From an uncultured Chloroflexia bacterium (GTDB lineage: Bacteria; Chloroflexota; Limnocylindria; Limnocylindrales; CSP1-4): 64,000 nucleotides of DNA. This document shows, piece by piece, positions 1-9,032 of the stretch. Under the pieces are notes generated by a model that saw only the letters and a program-made list of their open reading frames with translations, was not told the origin of the DNA and made no database searches. How positions within the stretch are numbered: the stretch's first letter is position 1; each line of letters begins with the position of its first letter. Location: NCBI GenBank assembly GCA_963778155.1, contig CAVZTK010000021.1:392245-456244 (forward strand). The letters are read 5' to 3'. A program made the position numbers and the translations under genes.

Positions 1-2
1 AC

Positions 3-209
3 CCGGATGCCGAGGGCGCCCAGCCGCCCGACCCCGACGATCAGAGCCCGTTCCTCTCGGGCACGCCCGAGGTGGTCGCCGCGGGCCTGCGGATGCACGC
101 TGAGGCCGGCGCGGACCACGTGATCGCGACCCTCACGCCAAGCACGCCCGAGACGGTCGCGTCGTTCGCCGAGGCGGTGACGCTGTTCCGCGCCACGCCG
201 GTCGCCTAG
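3..209 (+). CDS. 3' end of an LLM-class (luciferase-like) flavin-dependent oxidoreductase (partial; stop TAG at 207-209)
   Basis: Frame-3 translation ...FLSGTPEVVAAGLRMHAEAGADHVIATLTPSTPETVASFAEAVTLFRATPVA* matches the conserved C-terminus of F420/FMN-dependent LLM oxidoreductases. The gene starts upstream of the window. Confidence 0.5.
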   Translation, partial: PDAEGAQPPDPDDQSPFLSGTPEVVAAGLRMHAEAGADHVIATLTPSTPETVASFAEAVTLFRATPVA

Positions 210-245
210 GGGCCGGCGGGCGCGCGCACGCCGGCCGCCGAGCGC

Positions 246-1148
246 CTAGAGGTCGTCGATCCGCTGGATCGGCAGCCGCGGACCGTAGCTCGGCGGCCTG
301 ATCCCGCTCAGCTCGAGGAGGCGGACGACCCGCGCCCGCTGGCCCCGGTACGGCTCGAGCAGCTCGAGCATCCGGGCGTCCGTGCCGCGCGGCTCGCGGG
401 CGAGCGCATACACGACCAGGTTCGGGATGTGGAAGTCGCCGACGCTCACCGCGTCCTGGTCTCCGAGCGCACGGACGCCGACCTCGGCTGCGGTCCACGT
501 CCCGATCCCTGGCACGGCGATCAGCCGGGCGTACGCGTCCGCCAACGGGAGGTCGACGATCGCCTCGAACCAGGCGGCCCGCGCGGCGACGCGCCGGATG
601 AGATCCGCCCGGCGTTTCTCGACGCCGAACGGGTGGTACGTGTAGTAGGGGAGACGGCCCAGCACGGCCGGGTCCGGGGCGAGGCGCAGGCGCCACTCGG
701 GCGGGCCTGGAGCCGGCTCGCCGTATGACCGGATGAGGCCGAACCACGCGCGACGGGCTTCCTTGCCGATGACCTTCTGCTCGAGGATGGCCGGCAGAAG
801 CGAGTCGAGGACGGCGCCCGTCCGAGGGATGCGGATGCCCGGGTAGCGCCGCTCCAGCTCGCCGATGAGCGGGTGACCGGCCGGGATCGGTGCCGGGTCG
901 GCGCTCAGGCCGAGGAGGTCCGGCACGGCGTCGAGTGCGTCCTCGGCGCCCGGCCCCCACGCCTCCGCGTGGATCGTCCCGTCGCGGTGGGTGATCGCGA
1001 CGGTCGCCGGACCTGCCGGTGTCCGTATCGCACGCCAGGCACGGGCGCCCGACAGCCGGATCGTGGGATCGCCCGGCCCGCGGGACAGCGGCCCGAGCGT
1101 CCGTCGGAGGTCGAGCGGGCCGTTGGCGTCGAACGTGCGGCTTGGCAT
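246..1148 (-). CDS. HhH-GPD family DNA glycosylase (DNA-3-methyladenine glycosylase II / AlkA-like)
   Basis: ORF 246..1232 (-) contains an AlkA-type N-terminal domain plus the HhH-GPD core (..LIAVPGIGTWTAAEVGVRALGDQDAVSVGDFHIPNLVVYAL..). The likely start is the internal Met (MPSRTF..) near 1148; 1232 is the alternative. Confidence 0.75.
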   Translation of the reverse strand: MPSRTFDANGPLDLRRTLGPLSRGPGDPTIRLSGARAWRAIRTPAGPATVAITHRDGTIHAEAWGPGAEDALDAVPDLLGLSADPAPIPAGHPLIGELERRYPGIRIPRTGAVLDSLLPAILEQKVIGKEARRAWFGLIRSYGEPAPGPPEWRLRLAPDPAVLGRLPYYTYHPFGVEKRRADLIRRVAARAAWFEAIVDLPLADAYARLIAVPGIGTWTAAEVGVRALGDQDAVSVGDFHIPNLVVYALAREPRGTDARMLELLEPYRGQRARVVRLLELSGIRPPSYGPRLPIQRIDDL

Positions 1149-1262
1149 CGGCACCGATGCTAGGCCCCAAGCACCCGCTCCGCGCAACGGGCGGACGCCG
1201 GTCGTGGCGCGTCGGCGACACTGTGGCCACACGACAGGACGTCAAGCCCGGGAGGCCATCGG

Positions 1263-2474
1263 ATGCGGATCCTCGTCATCGGCGCGGGCGGCGTCGGCAG
1301 CGCGGTCGTGCCGATCGCGGTCCGCCGCGACTTCTTCGAACAGATGGTCGTCGCCGACTACGACGCGACGCGTGCCGAGCGGGCCGTGGCGCGCTTCCCG
1401 GGTGACGGCCGGCTCGTCGCCGCGCAGGTCGACGCGTCACGTCCCGAGGCCGTCGCCGCTCTGTGCCGCGAGAACGGCATCACCCATGTGCTCAACGCGG
1501 TCGACCCGCGCTTCGTGCTGCCGATCTTCGAGGGCGCTTTCGCGGCGGGAGCGGACTACCTCGACATGGCGATGTCGCTGTCGCACCCGGATGCCGACGC
1601 ACCGTACGAGCGGACCGCGATCAAGCTCGGCGACGAGCAGTTCGCCAAGGCCGACGCCTGGTCGGCGGCCGGACGGCTCGCGCTGGTCGGGATCGGGGTC
1701 GAGCCGGGGCTATCGGACGTCTTCGCGCGCTACGCGCAGGACCACCTGTTCTCGGAGATCGACGAGGTCGGGGTCCGCGATGGCGCGAACCTCGTGGTCG
1801 AGGGCTACGACTTCGCGCCGTCGTTCTCGATCTGGACGACCATCGAGGAATGCCTCAACCCGCCGGTCATCTGGGAGGCGGACCGCGGCTGGTACACGAC
1901 GCCGCCGTTCAGCGAGCCCGAGGTGTTCGACTTCCCCGAGGGCATCGGCCCGGTCGAGTGCGTCAACGTCGAGCACGAGGAGGTCCTGCTCGTCCCGCGC
2001 TGGGTCAAGGCCAAGCGGGTCACGTTCAAGTACGGCCTCGGCGACGAGTTCATCAACGTTCTCAAGGTGCTCCACATGCTGGGGCTCGATCGGACCGACA
2101 AGGTCCGCGTGGGTGCGACCGAGGTGTCGCCGCGGGACGTGGTCGCGGCCGTGCTGCCCGATCCCGCGGCGCTCGGCGACCGGATGCGTGGCAAGACCTG
2201 CGCCGGGACGCTCGTCAGCGGCACCGGGCTGGACGGCCAGCCGCGCCGCGTGTACCTGTACCACGTGGTCGACAACGAGGTCACGATGGCCCAGGACGGG
2301 TCGCAGGCCGTCGTCTGGCAGACGGCGATCAACCCGGTCGTGGCGCTCGAGCTGCTCGCGAGCGGCGTTTGGTCGGGCGTCGGCGTGCTCGGCCCGGAGG
2401 CGTTCGACGCCGTGCCGTTCCTCGACCTGCTCACGGCCTATGGCTCTCCATGGGGGATGCGCGAAGGCGGCTGA
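1263..2474 (+). CDS. saccharopine dehydrogenase family NAD(P)-binding protein
   Basis: Intact 403-aa ORF with MRILVIGAGGVGSAV Rossmann N-terminus and a saccharopine-dehydrogenase-like C-terminal domain. Confidence 0.85.
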   Translation: MRILVIGAGGVGSAVVPIAVRRDFFEQMVVADYDATRAERAVARFPGDGRLVAAQVDASRPEAVAALCRENGITHVLNAVDPRFVLPIFEGAFAAGADYLDMAMSLSHPDADAPYERTAIKLGDEQFAKADAWSAAGRLALVGIGVEPGLSDVFARYAQDHLFSEIDEVGVRDGANLVVEGYDFAPSFSIWTTIEECLNPPVIWEADRGWYTTPPFSEPEVFDFPEGIGPVECVNVEHEEVLLVPRWVKAKRVTFKYGLGDEFINVLKVLHMLGLDRTDKVRVGATEVSPRDVVAAVLPDPAALGDRMRGKTCAGTLVSGTGLDGQPRRVYLYHVVDNEVTMAQDGSQAVVWQTAINPVVALELLASGVWSGVGVLGPEAFDAVPFLDLLTAYGSPWGMREGG

Positions 2475-2605
2475 GACAGCGCCCGCGCCGGCGAAGACGT
2501 CTCTGCGCGACGTTTTCGCGTTGGTTTCGCTCAAGCGGAATGATTTCGCGTGGTCGAAACGATCGCAAGATCGAGTTCCTGCGCGGTCTCTTCGCCCGGG
2601 CCTGC

Positions 2606-3041
2606 TCAAGCGATGGGTGGCTCCCAGTCCGGCGCCGCCAGCTCGAAACCCTGCGAACTCGAACGCGGGCGTGACGATGCATCCGACCAGCGTCCATGCC
2701 CCGAGCGAAGCCGCCGACTGCCAGGCACCCGCTGGGACGACCGCCTGGACGTCTGCGCGCCCGCCCCCGACGGGGCCGAGGCGGTGGACGGTGACGGTCG
2801 CGTCACCTTCCGACCAGACGCACAGCTCCACCGGGTCGCCGCCGGAGTACTGCCAGGCCTCGTCGGCATCGAGCCGGTGCCAGTGCGACCGATGACCAGC
2901 GGCGAGAAGGAACAGGATCGCGCTGCCGGATGGCCGCCCACCGTCGGACGGCGCCTCCGCCCGCCACGTCTCGGCGTACCAGCCACCTTCCGGATGCTCC
3001 CGCATCCCGAGCGCATCCACGATCGCGGCGGCGTCGCTCAC
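2606..3041 (-). CDS. cupin-superfamily protein (DUF985), interrupted by a single-base frameshift near 2646-2648
   Basis: Start GTG at 3041. The domain VSDAAAIVDALGMREHPEGGWYAETWRA...WTLVGCIVTPAFEFAGF is then continued in another frame by ELAAPDWEPPIA* (stop 2606-2608). Removing one T from the TTT run (plus-strand AAA 2646-2648) restores the frame. The long ORF 1710..3152 is the read-through artefact of this gene. Confidence 0.7.
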
Positions 3042-4135
3042 CGAACGCCGAGCGCCTTCTGGAACGACCAGTCCATGTCGGTCCCGAGATCGACCTTGAT
3101 CCGGCGCGGCGGGGCGCCCGCCGTGAGCGAATCCGGGAGCGCGGCCGCCCATGCGTCGATCACAGGCTTCATCCGGTCGGTGTCCTCGGCTACGAAGTGG
3201 AGCGCACGCTGTCCCGGGGCGGTCGTCCGCCCGGCGAGGACCGCGATGCCGTCGAGACGACGCTCGAGATCCTCCTCCTCGGCCGCCAGGACCAGGCCTT
3301 CATCCGCAGTCGGCAGCCATCGCTGGTCACCGGCCAGGATCCGGACGATCGCGTGCCGGTCTGCGAAGGGATGATCGATCCGCTTCAGCGAGGCGTCCGC
3401 GACCGCGATCTCGGTCACGCCGTCCGGTCGCGTCCTCGTCGAGAGGACCCAATGGTCGGCATCGTCGGCCTCGGTTGATCGGCGTTCGATCTCGGCCTTC
3501 AACTCGTCGGGTGTGCGTCCGTCGGTGGGCTCGTCGAGCAGGTCGAGCTGGCCGACCCAGCGCTCGACGCCATCCTCGCCCAGGAGGTTGTCGAGGAACA
3601 GGAAGCCCACCTGAGTCCGGATGTTCTCCGGCACCTGGCTGAAGCCTGGGTGCCACAGCCTGACGTCGACGCGCTGGCGAGCCGGGTCCCACGAGGCGAT
3701 CGCGCGCATCTCCGCGAGATCGAAGTGCACTCCGTGGACCGTCAGGCCGGTCATCGACCTGGTGGCCTGCTTCGAGGGGTAGTACTCCCACATCGCGTCC
3801 ACGGGCGGCGCCGCCGCGAGCCAGCGCAGGGCGGCCTGGCGGATCTCAGGTTTGCCCTCGGGCGAGACGCAGAAGGCGTGCTGCGCGGCTCGGCCCGGAC
3901 CCAGCTCCCAGGCCATCGCGGGATGGATGGTCCTGACAGCCCTCGTGATGTCCTGGACCAGTCGATCGTCGAACGCCTTCGACGTGATCGCCATGGCGAC
4001 CCGATCCCGGTTCTCCGGCCACCATGCCCAGAAGTCCGTCGTCCCGGGCGGCGACGGCTCGCGTTTCAGGAATCGCACCGTCCGGTCCCTCCTGATCTGG
4101 GCCGAGCATAGCCGGGTGGCGTACCGTACCGGCAT
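3038..4135 (-). CDS. conserved hypothetical protein (about 360 aa); start uncertain, ORF extends to 4222
   Basis: Long coding-biased ORF co-directional with and abutting the cupin gene (stop 3038, cupin start 3041). Its 5' extension to 4222 would overlap the DUF2277 gene start on the opposite strand. Confidence 0.5.
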   Translation of the reverse strand: MPVRYATRLCSAQIRRDRTVRFLKREPSPPGTTDFWAWWPENRDRVAMAITSKAFDDRLVQDITRAVRTIHPAMAWELGPGRAAQHAFCVSPEGKPEIRQAALRWLAAAPPVDAMWEYYPSKQATRSMTGLTVHGVHFDLAEMRAIASWDPARQRVDVRLWHPGFSQVPENIRTQVGFLFLDNLLGEDGVERWVGQLDLLDEPTDGRTPDELKAEIERRSTEADDADHWVLSTRTRPDGVTEIAVADASLKRIDHPFADRHAIVRILAGDQRWLPTADEGLVLAAEEEDLERRLDGIAVLAGRTTAPGQRALHFVAEDTDRMKPVIDAWAAALPDSLTAGAPPRRIKVDLGTDMDWSFQKALGVR

Positions 4136-4418
4136 GTGCCGAAGCATCAAGACCCTGCGTCGCCCCGACGAGGCGGCGACGACGGGCGAACTGGAGGCCG
4201 CCGCCCGCCAGTACGTCCGCAAGATCAGCGGCTACAGCAAGCCGTCGGCTCGCAACGCCGAGGCGTTCGAGGGTGCGATCGCCGAGATCGCCGCTGCCTC
4301 CACCCGGCTGATGGAGACGTTGGGCGTCGAGGTCGAGGTCGGCCCGGACCGCTGGACCCCGCGAGCCTCGGCCGCGATCCACATGCATCCCCATCCGCAC
4401 GCGCACGACGGGGCGTGA
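4134..4418 (+). CDS. DUF2277 family protein (94 aa)
   Basis: Begins with the diagnostic MCRSIKTL.. N-terminus of DUF2277 (MCRSIKTLRRPDEAATTGELEAAARQYVRKISGYSKPSARNAEAFEGAIAEIAAAS...). ATG at 4134 lies inside the longer 3852..4418 ORF. Confidence 0.8.
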   Translation: MCRSIKTLRRPDEAATTGELEAAARQYVRKISGYSKPSARNAEAFEGAIAEIAAASTRLMETLGVEVEVGPDRWTPRASAAIHMHPHPHAHDGA

Positions 4419-4440
4419 CGGCGCGACCGCGGATCGTCGG

Positions 4441-5004
4441 TCAGGACGCAGAAGCCGCGCGGTGCCAGCCCCCCGGATAGTCCATCACGAGGCCGTCGCT
4501 GTCGACGACGAGGTCGGCGCGGACACCATCGGACTCGAATCGGTAGGTGCCCCCCGCGTCGGACAAGGTGAGGCACGTGTACGTCTGGGTCGCGGGAGCG
4601 ATCGCGAGCCCCGGGACATCGATGACGGCGACTCGGACGTCGCGGGACTCGCCGGGCTGGAGCCCGAGTCGGCGGATGGGCAGGCTCTTGGTGTACGGCG
4701 TCACCCGGATATCGACGTCGATGCAGCCGGTCAGGCTTGGGACCGGCTTGCCATCGGGGGTCGTCCAGCCACCGCGGCGATCGGACGTCACCGACAGGCG
4801 CTCGGCGCCATGGATCTCCATGTCCACTGACCGCACTTTCCACTCCGAGTCGCAGCGGACCGTGTAGGAGACCCGTGTGGGTTCCTGCGCGATGACGCCG
4901 ATCACGACACCGCCCGCCGCGGTCGAGCCGTCGGCGAATGCGTGGAGCGCGAGGTGCTCGCTTCCCGGCCATCGATCGGCCATCCAGACGATCTCCTGGT
5001 CCAT
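4441..5004 (-). CDS. putative glycolipid-binding domain protein (DUF1089-like)
   Basis: Intact 187-aa ORF whose stop lies 4 nt after the upstream PPOX gene (operon-like). The family assignment is tentative. Confidence 0.6.
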   Translation of the reverse strand: MDQEIVWMADRWPGSEHLALHAFADGSTAAGGVVIGVIAQEPTRVSYTVRCDSEWKVRSVDMEIHGAERLSVTSDRRGGWTTPDGKPVPSLTGCIDVDIRVTPYTKSLPIRRLGLQPGESRDVRVAVIDVPGLAIAPATQTYTCLTLSDAGGTYRFESDGVRADLVVDSDGLVMDYPGGWHRAASAS

Positions 5005-5007
5005 CGA

Positions 5008-5475
5008 CTACTCCTCCATGTCGCTGAGTCGGCCCCAGTCCGTGATCCGCGCGAGATTGATGGCGATGATCGGCCGGTCTTCAAGCCGGTGGTTCCCGTA
5101 CTGGGGATAGCGCGCCTGGAGGGCGCCCACGGCCGCAGCGTGCTCGATCGGCGCGACCCCCGGTTCCAGGACGCGGGCTGAGCCCTCGGCACGAAGCCAG
5201 GCGAGTCGTACCCACTCCTCGTTCCAGCGGTCGACCAGGACGCTGACACGCGGGTCGGCCTGGATGTCGCGGACCCGGGCGAGGGCGAGCGGATCGTCGT
5301 GGCGCTTCGGCTTCTCGTCGAGTGGCGTGTAGAGGACGGCCCGGTCCGCATCGAGGCTGAAGCAGATGGGCACGAGGCGCGGCCGACCGTCGGGCGCGAT
5401 CGTGGCCAGCACGGCCCGACGAGCCGTGTCGATGAAGGCGCGCTGGGTCGGTGTCAGCAGGGGCTCGGACGGCAT
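5008..5475 (-). CDS. pyridoxamine 5'-phosphate oxidase family protein (PPOX class, probable F420-dependent enzyme)
   Basis: 155-aa ORF with the ..FIDTARRAVLATIAPDGRPRLVPICFSLD..VLYTPLDEKPK.. signature of the TIGR03618/PPOX family. Confidence 0.8.
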   Translation of the reverse strand: MPSEPLLTPTQRAFIDTARRAVLATIAPDGRPRLVPICFSLDADRAVLYTPLDEKPKRHDDPLALARVRDIQADPRVSVLVDRWNEEWVRLAWLRAEGSARVLEPGVAPIEHAAAVGALQARYPQYGNHRLEDRPIIAINLARITDWGRLSDMEE

Positions 5476-5494
5476 CGCCGCCTATGATGGGGCT

Positions 5495-6127
5495 GTGTCG
5501 CGCTTTCGTCGGTCGCTTCGAGGAATCGGTCTCCGGGCGGCGTGGCTGGCGATGATGACGGCGGTCCTCGTCGGTTGTTCGACGAGCGGGGCGTCGGCAC
5601 CCGCGACGTCCGGCGACACCGCGAGCACTGCGCCCAGCGTCTCCGCGACAGGCGCCCCCGGTGCGACACCGTTCCCGCCGGCCGGCTCGAGCCCCGGGCA
5701 CCCGCTCAATGTCCCGCCGCTCGGTGGCGCGGCCGCCGGCCGTGCCTACGCCGCGTTCCTTGCCCGCCTCGGTGACGACCGGACGACCGTCGCCCGGCTC
5801 GACCGGGACCTGACCAACGCGTCGAATGCCGCCGACCTCGACGCCGTCCGGAAGGCGGCCGTCGCGATCCTCGATTTCGTCGAGGTCGAGCGCGACTGGC
5901 TTCTCGGCAACGTGCCGGCCGACTGCTATGCCGACGCCCACGCGTCCGCGATGGGGATGCTCGAGGCCTATGGCGCGGCAGCGGACCGGTTCGTGGACTG
6001 GAGCTCGACCGGCGGCGGGCTCAACGGGCTGCCGGCGCTCGGTCGCGCCGCCGAGGCGGCAAGCACGGCACAGGCGGCGTTGACGACGTTCACCTCGGTC
6101 CTGAGCGGGACGTCATGTCCGGGCTGA
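5495..6127 (+). CDS. putative lipoprotein (hypothetical)
   Basis: GTG start at 5495 gives VSRFRRSLRGIGLRAAWLAMMTAVLVGCSTSG.. (positively charged n-region, hydrophobic core, LVGC lipobox). The ORF track extends it to 5366, but that would overlap the divergent PPOX gene. Confidence 0.55.
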   Translation: MSRFRRSLRGIGLRAAWLAMMTAVLVGCSTSGASAPATSGDTASTAPSVSATGAPGATPFPPAGSSPGHPLNVPPLGGAAAGRAYAAFLARLGDDRTTVARLDRDLTNASNAADLDAVRKAAVAILDFVEVERDWLLGNVPADCYADAHASAMGMLEAYGAAADRFVDWSSTGGGLNGLPALGRAAEAASTAQAALTTFTSVLSGTSCPG

Positions 6128-6987
6128 CCGGGGACGCGGTCCCGCCCGTCCGGCACGTCACGAGCCGGCGGATCGTGGCCGTCCGCGGAGAGTCGCTCGA
6201 GGTCCGCGACGACCGCGTCGTCGGTGAGGCACCGCTCGAGATCCGGGCGGCCGGTCCTCGGCAGGACCCGGTCGCGGTCGCGGTCACGATGCGGACGCCC
6301 GGCAACGAGGCGGAGCTGGCCGTCGGGTTCCTGTGGACCGAGGGGCTGCTCGAAGGCCAGGAGGTCGTCGGCACGGCCGGCGGCGACCCGCGCTCGCTCA
6401 GCCAGCCCGACGACACGATCGTGGTCCGCCTGTCACGGCCGTTCGACGACACCAAGGTCGCCGAGCGCCATTTCGTGGCGACCGCCTCGTGCGGCATCTG
6501 CGGCAGGGCCTCGATCGACGAGGTCGCGCTCCGCGTGGCGCCACTGCCCGCCGGCCCGACCGTCGCCCGGTCGGTGATCCTCGCCCTGCCGAACCTGCTC
6601 CGTGCAGCGCAGCGTGCGTTCGACGAGACGGGCGGTCTCCACGCGGCAGGCCTGTTCAGCCCGAAGGGCGAGCTCCTTGCCCTTCGCGAGGACGTCGGCC
6701 GCCATAACGCCCTCGACAAGGTGGTCGGTTCGCAGGTGGTCGCGGGCGCCATGCCGCTCCACGAGCGGATCCTGATGGTCTCGGGACGCGTGAGCTTCGA
6801 GATCGTCCAGAAGGCGGCGGCCGCGGGGATCCCCATCGTCTGCGCCGTGTCGGCCCCGTCCGACCTGGCCATCGAGACCGCCGAGCGGCTCGGCGTCACG
6901 CTGGTCGGATTCCTGCGCGGTGACGGGTTCAACGTCTATGCGCACGATGCGAGGGTGGACCTGCGCGACCTGAGCGGACTTGGCTGA
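6115..6987 (+). CDS. fdhD: formate dehydrogenase accessory sulfurtransferase FdhD
   Basis: 290-aa ORF with the conserved FdhD core (..ATASCGICGRASIDE.., ..DVGRHNALDKVVG..). Confidence 0.9.
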   Translation: MSGLTGDAVPPVRHVTSRRIVAVRGESLEVRDDRVVGEAPLEIRAAGPRQDPVAVAVTMRTPGNEAELAVGFLWTEGLLEGQEVVGTAGGDPRSLSQPDDTIVVRLSRPFDDTKVAERHFVATASCGICGRASIDEVALRVAPLPAGPTVARSVILALPNLLRAAQRAFDETGGLHAAGLFSPKGELLALREDVGRHNALDKVVGSQVVAGAMPLHERILMVSGRVSFEIVQKAAAAGIPIVCAVSAPSDLAIETAERLGVTLVGFLRGDGFNVYAHDARVDLRDLSGLG

Positions 6988-6992
6988 CCGTG

Positions 6993-7030
6993 TGGGCTGA
7001 CTGTGTTGGCTGAAGACCGGGGGTAGAGTT
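6993..7030 (+). promoter_or_regulatory. three direct repeats TGG(G)CTGA spaced about 5-6 nt apart, upstream of the FIST-cyclase operon (possible regulator binding site)
   Basis: tggctgaccgtgtgggctgactgtgttggctgaag lies between the fdhD stop (6987) and the FIST start (7046). Confidence 0.2.
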
Positions 7031-7045
7031 CGCGCCGGAGGTCCC

Positions 7046-8206
7046 ATGTTCCGGATGGCGGTCGGACAGAGCGACGAGGTCGAGCCGGCGGACGCGATCG
7101 CGGCCGCCATCGAGGCTTGCCGCGCGGCGCTGGGCGATCTCCGACCGCAGGCCGGGATCCTGTTCTCGGCGTTCGACAGCTTCGATCCCTCGGTTGCTAC
7201 GGCCCTCCGCGACGCATTCCCGGATGCGACCGTGATGGGGTCGACCTCGGCCGCGGAGATCTCGTCGGTCAGCGGCTACCAGGAGGACTCGCTCACCCTC
7301 GCCATGTTCGCGTCGGATGTCGTCGACGTGACCGCCGGCATCGGCGCGGGCCTCAGCCTGGACCCCGAGGCGGCGTGCCGGGCCGCGGTCGCGCAGGCGC
7401 TTGGCGCGACCTCGAAGGAACCGAAGGTCTGCGTCGTCCTGGCCGAGGGGTTCGGGGTCGACCCGCAGCAGACGCTCGCAACGGTCGCGCGCGCGCTGCC
7501 CGACGGTGTCCTGATCGTCGGCGGCACGTCGGCCGGCCGCGATTTCGGGGCGCCACAGCCGTCGTACCAGTTCTCCGGCGATGTCGTGGTCGACGATGGC
7601 GTCGCGATCCTGCTGTTCTCGGGTCCGGTCCTCGCCTCGGCCGCCGTCGGGACCGGCTGGCGGACGCTCGGTGCCACCGGGATCGTGACGAGCTCGGGCT
7701 CAGGCGTGGTCAACGCGATCGACGGGCGTCCGGCGATCGAGTTCCTGGCGCGCTATCTGGACGCGACCGGTCCGGCGTCGTTCGGGAACCCGCTGTCCGT
7801 GATCGAGGTCGGCGGTGACGAGCCCTACTACCGCGCGATCACGGGGACCGATCCCGCGTCCGGCTCGATCTGGGTCGCCGGCGAGGTCCCGGTCGGAGCG
7901 ACGGTCCAGCTCTCGACCGCGGAGATGGACGACGTCCTCGCCGGCACGCGCGGGGCGCTCGAGCGGGCAACGGCAGCGTTCCCCGCGGGCGCGGAACCCG
8001 AGGCGGCGCTCGTCTTCTCGTGCGCTGTGCGTCGCTTCCTGCTCGGCTCGCGGACGCGGGTCGAGGCGGAGTTCGCGCGATCGGTGTTCGGTGAGGCGCT
8101 GCCGCTGGCCGGGATGTATTGCTTCGGCGAGATCGGACCCGTCCGTGGCGTCGACACCAGCCGCTACTTCAACGAGACCTTCGTGACGCTGTTGCTTGGC
8201 ACGTGA
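7046..8206 (+). CDS. FIST domain sensory protein (FIST-N + FIST-C)
   Basis: Intact 386-aa ORF with FIST architecture. Its stop TGA (8204-8206) overlaps the GTG start of the downstream cyclase (GTGA). Confidence 0.8.
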   Translation: MFRMAVGQSDEVEPADAIAAAIEACRAALGDLRPQAGILFSAFDSFDPSVATALRDAFPDATVMGSTSAAEISSVSGYQEDSLTLAMFASDVVDVTAGIGAGLSLDPEAACRAAVAQALGATSKEPKVCVVLAEGFGVDPQQTLATVARALPDGVLIVGGTSAGRDFGAPQPSYQFSGDVVVDDGVAILLFSGPVLASAAVGTGWRTLGATGIVTSSGSGVVNAIDGRPAIEFLARYLDATGPASFGNPLSVIEVGGDEPYYRAITGTDPASGSIWVAGEVPVGATVQLSTAEMDDVLAGTRGALERATAAFPAGAEPEAALVFSCAVRRFLLGSRTRVEAEFARSVFGEALPLAGMYCFGEIGPVRGVDTSRYFNETFVTLLLGT

Positions 8207-9001
8207 GCGACGACGCGGATCGCGCGGTCGATGCCGAGCCGGAGGCGGTGCACAGGGAGATCGCCCGGCTGCGACGTCGGGTCGGACGGCTGGAGGACCA
8301 GCTCGAGCAGGTCGACACCTATCGCAACACGAACGCCAAGGCCCTGAATCGCGTCAACGACGAATTGGCGATCGAGAAGGAGCGCTCCCACGCGCTCCTG
8401 CTCAACGTCCTGCCGCAACCGATCATCGACCGGCTGAACGCGGGCGAGGAGATGATCGCCGACCGCTACGACGACGTCGCCATCGTGTTCAGCGACTTCG
8501 TCGGGTTCACCGAGATCTCGACGCGGCTCGAGGTGTCGACCCTCGTCTCGTCGCTCAACGGCCTGTTCTCGGCGTTCGACGCGGCCTGCGCCGATCTCGG
8601 CGTCGAGAAGATCAAGACCATCGGGGACGCCTACATGGCAGCGGCCGGCCTGCCCGGGACGTCGCCCGATCCGGTCCGAGCGGCGGCCGACCTGGCACTG
8701 GCGATGCAGGCGGCGGTCGCGCGACGCCGGCGACCCATGGCAGGTCAGGATCGGCCTCCATACCGGCCCCGTCGTCGCCGGCGTGATCGGGACGAGCAAG
8801 TTCGTGTACGACCTGTGGGGCGACGCGGTCAACACGGCGAGCCGGCTCGAGACGACGGCGCCGGTCGGCCGGATCCAGGTCTCCGCGGCGGTCGCCCTGG
8901 CGCTGGGTGACGCCTACGACCTCGAGCCGCGCGGTGCGATCGAGCTCAAGGGCAAGGGCTCGACCGAGACGTTCCTGCTTCACGGGCGTCGCGGCGGCTG
9001 A
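8203..9001 (+). CDS. adenylate/guanylate cyclase (class III catalytic domain with N-terminal coiled coil), with a frameshift near 8715-8725
   Basis: ..VAIVFSDFVGFTEISTRLE..IKTIGDAYMAAAGLPG.. in the 8119..8910 frame is followed by ..GDPWQVRIGLHTGPVVAGVIGTSKFVYDLWGDAVNTASRLE.. in the 8783..9001 frame. One base is missing in the gcgcg run around 8718. Confidence 0.75.
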
Positions 9002-9032
9002 GAGGCTGGGGGACTCGACGCCCCGGCGACTG

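Noticed and set aside
133-1245. 370-aa minus-strand ORF overlapping the AlkA-like gene in another frame
   Set aside because: Pro/Arg/Gly-rich with no similarity to anything. The co-located frame (246..1232) has a clear HhH-GPD glycosylase signature.
1710-3152. 480-aa minus-strand ORF covering the cupin gene and running antisense through the saccharopine-dehydrogenase-family gene
   Set aside because: Only its first roughly 145 codons are a real gene (DUF985 cupin). A one-base insertion removes the stop at 2606 and the 72%-GC sequence then reads through. The remainder is Arg/Gly/Asp-rich antisense noise.
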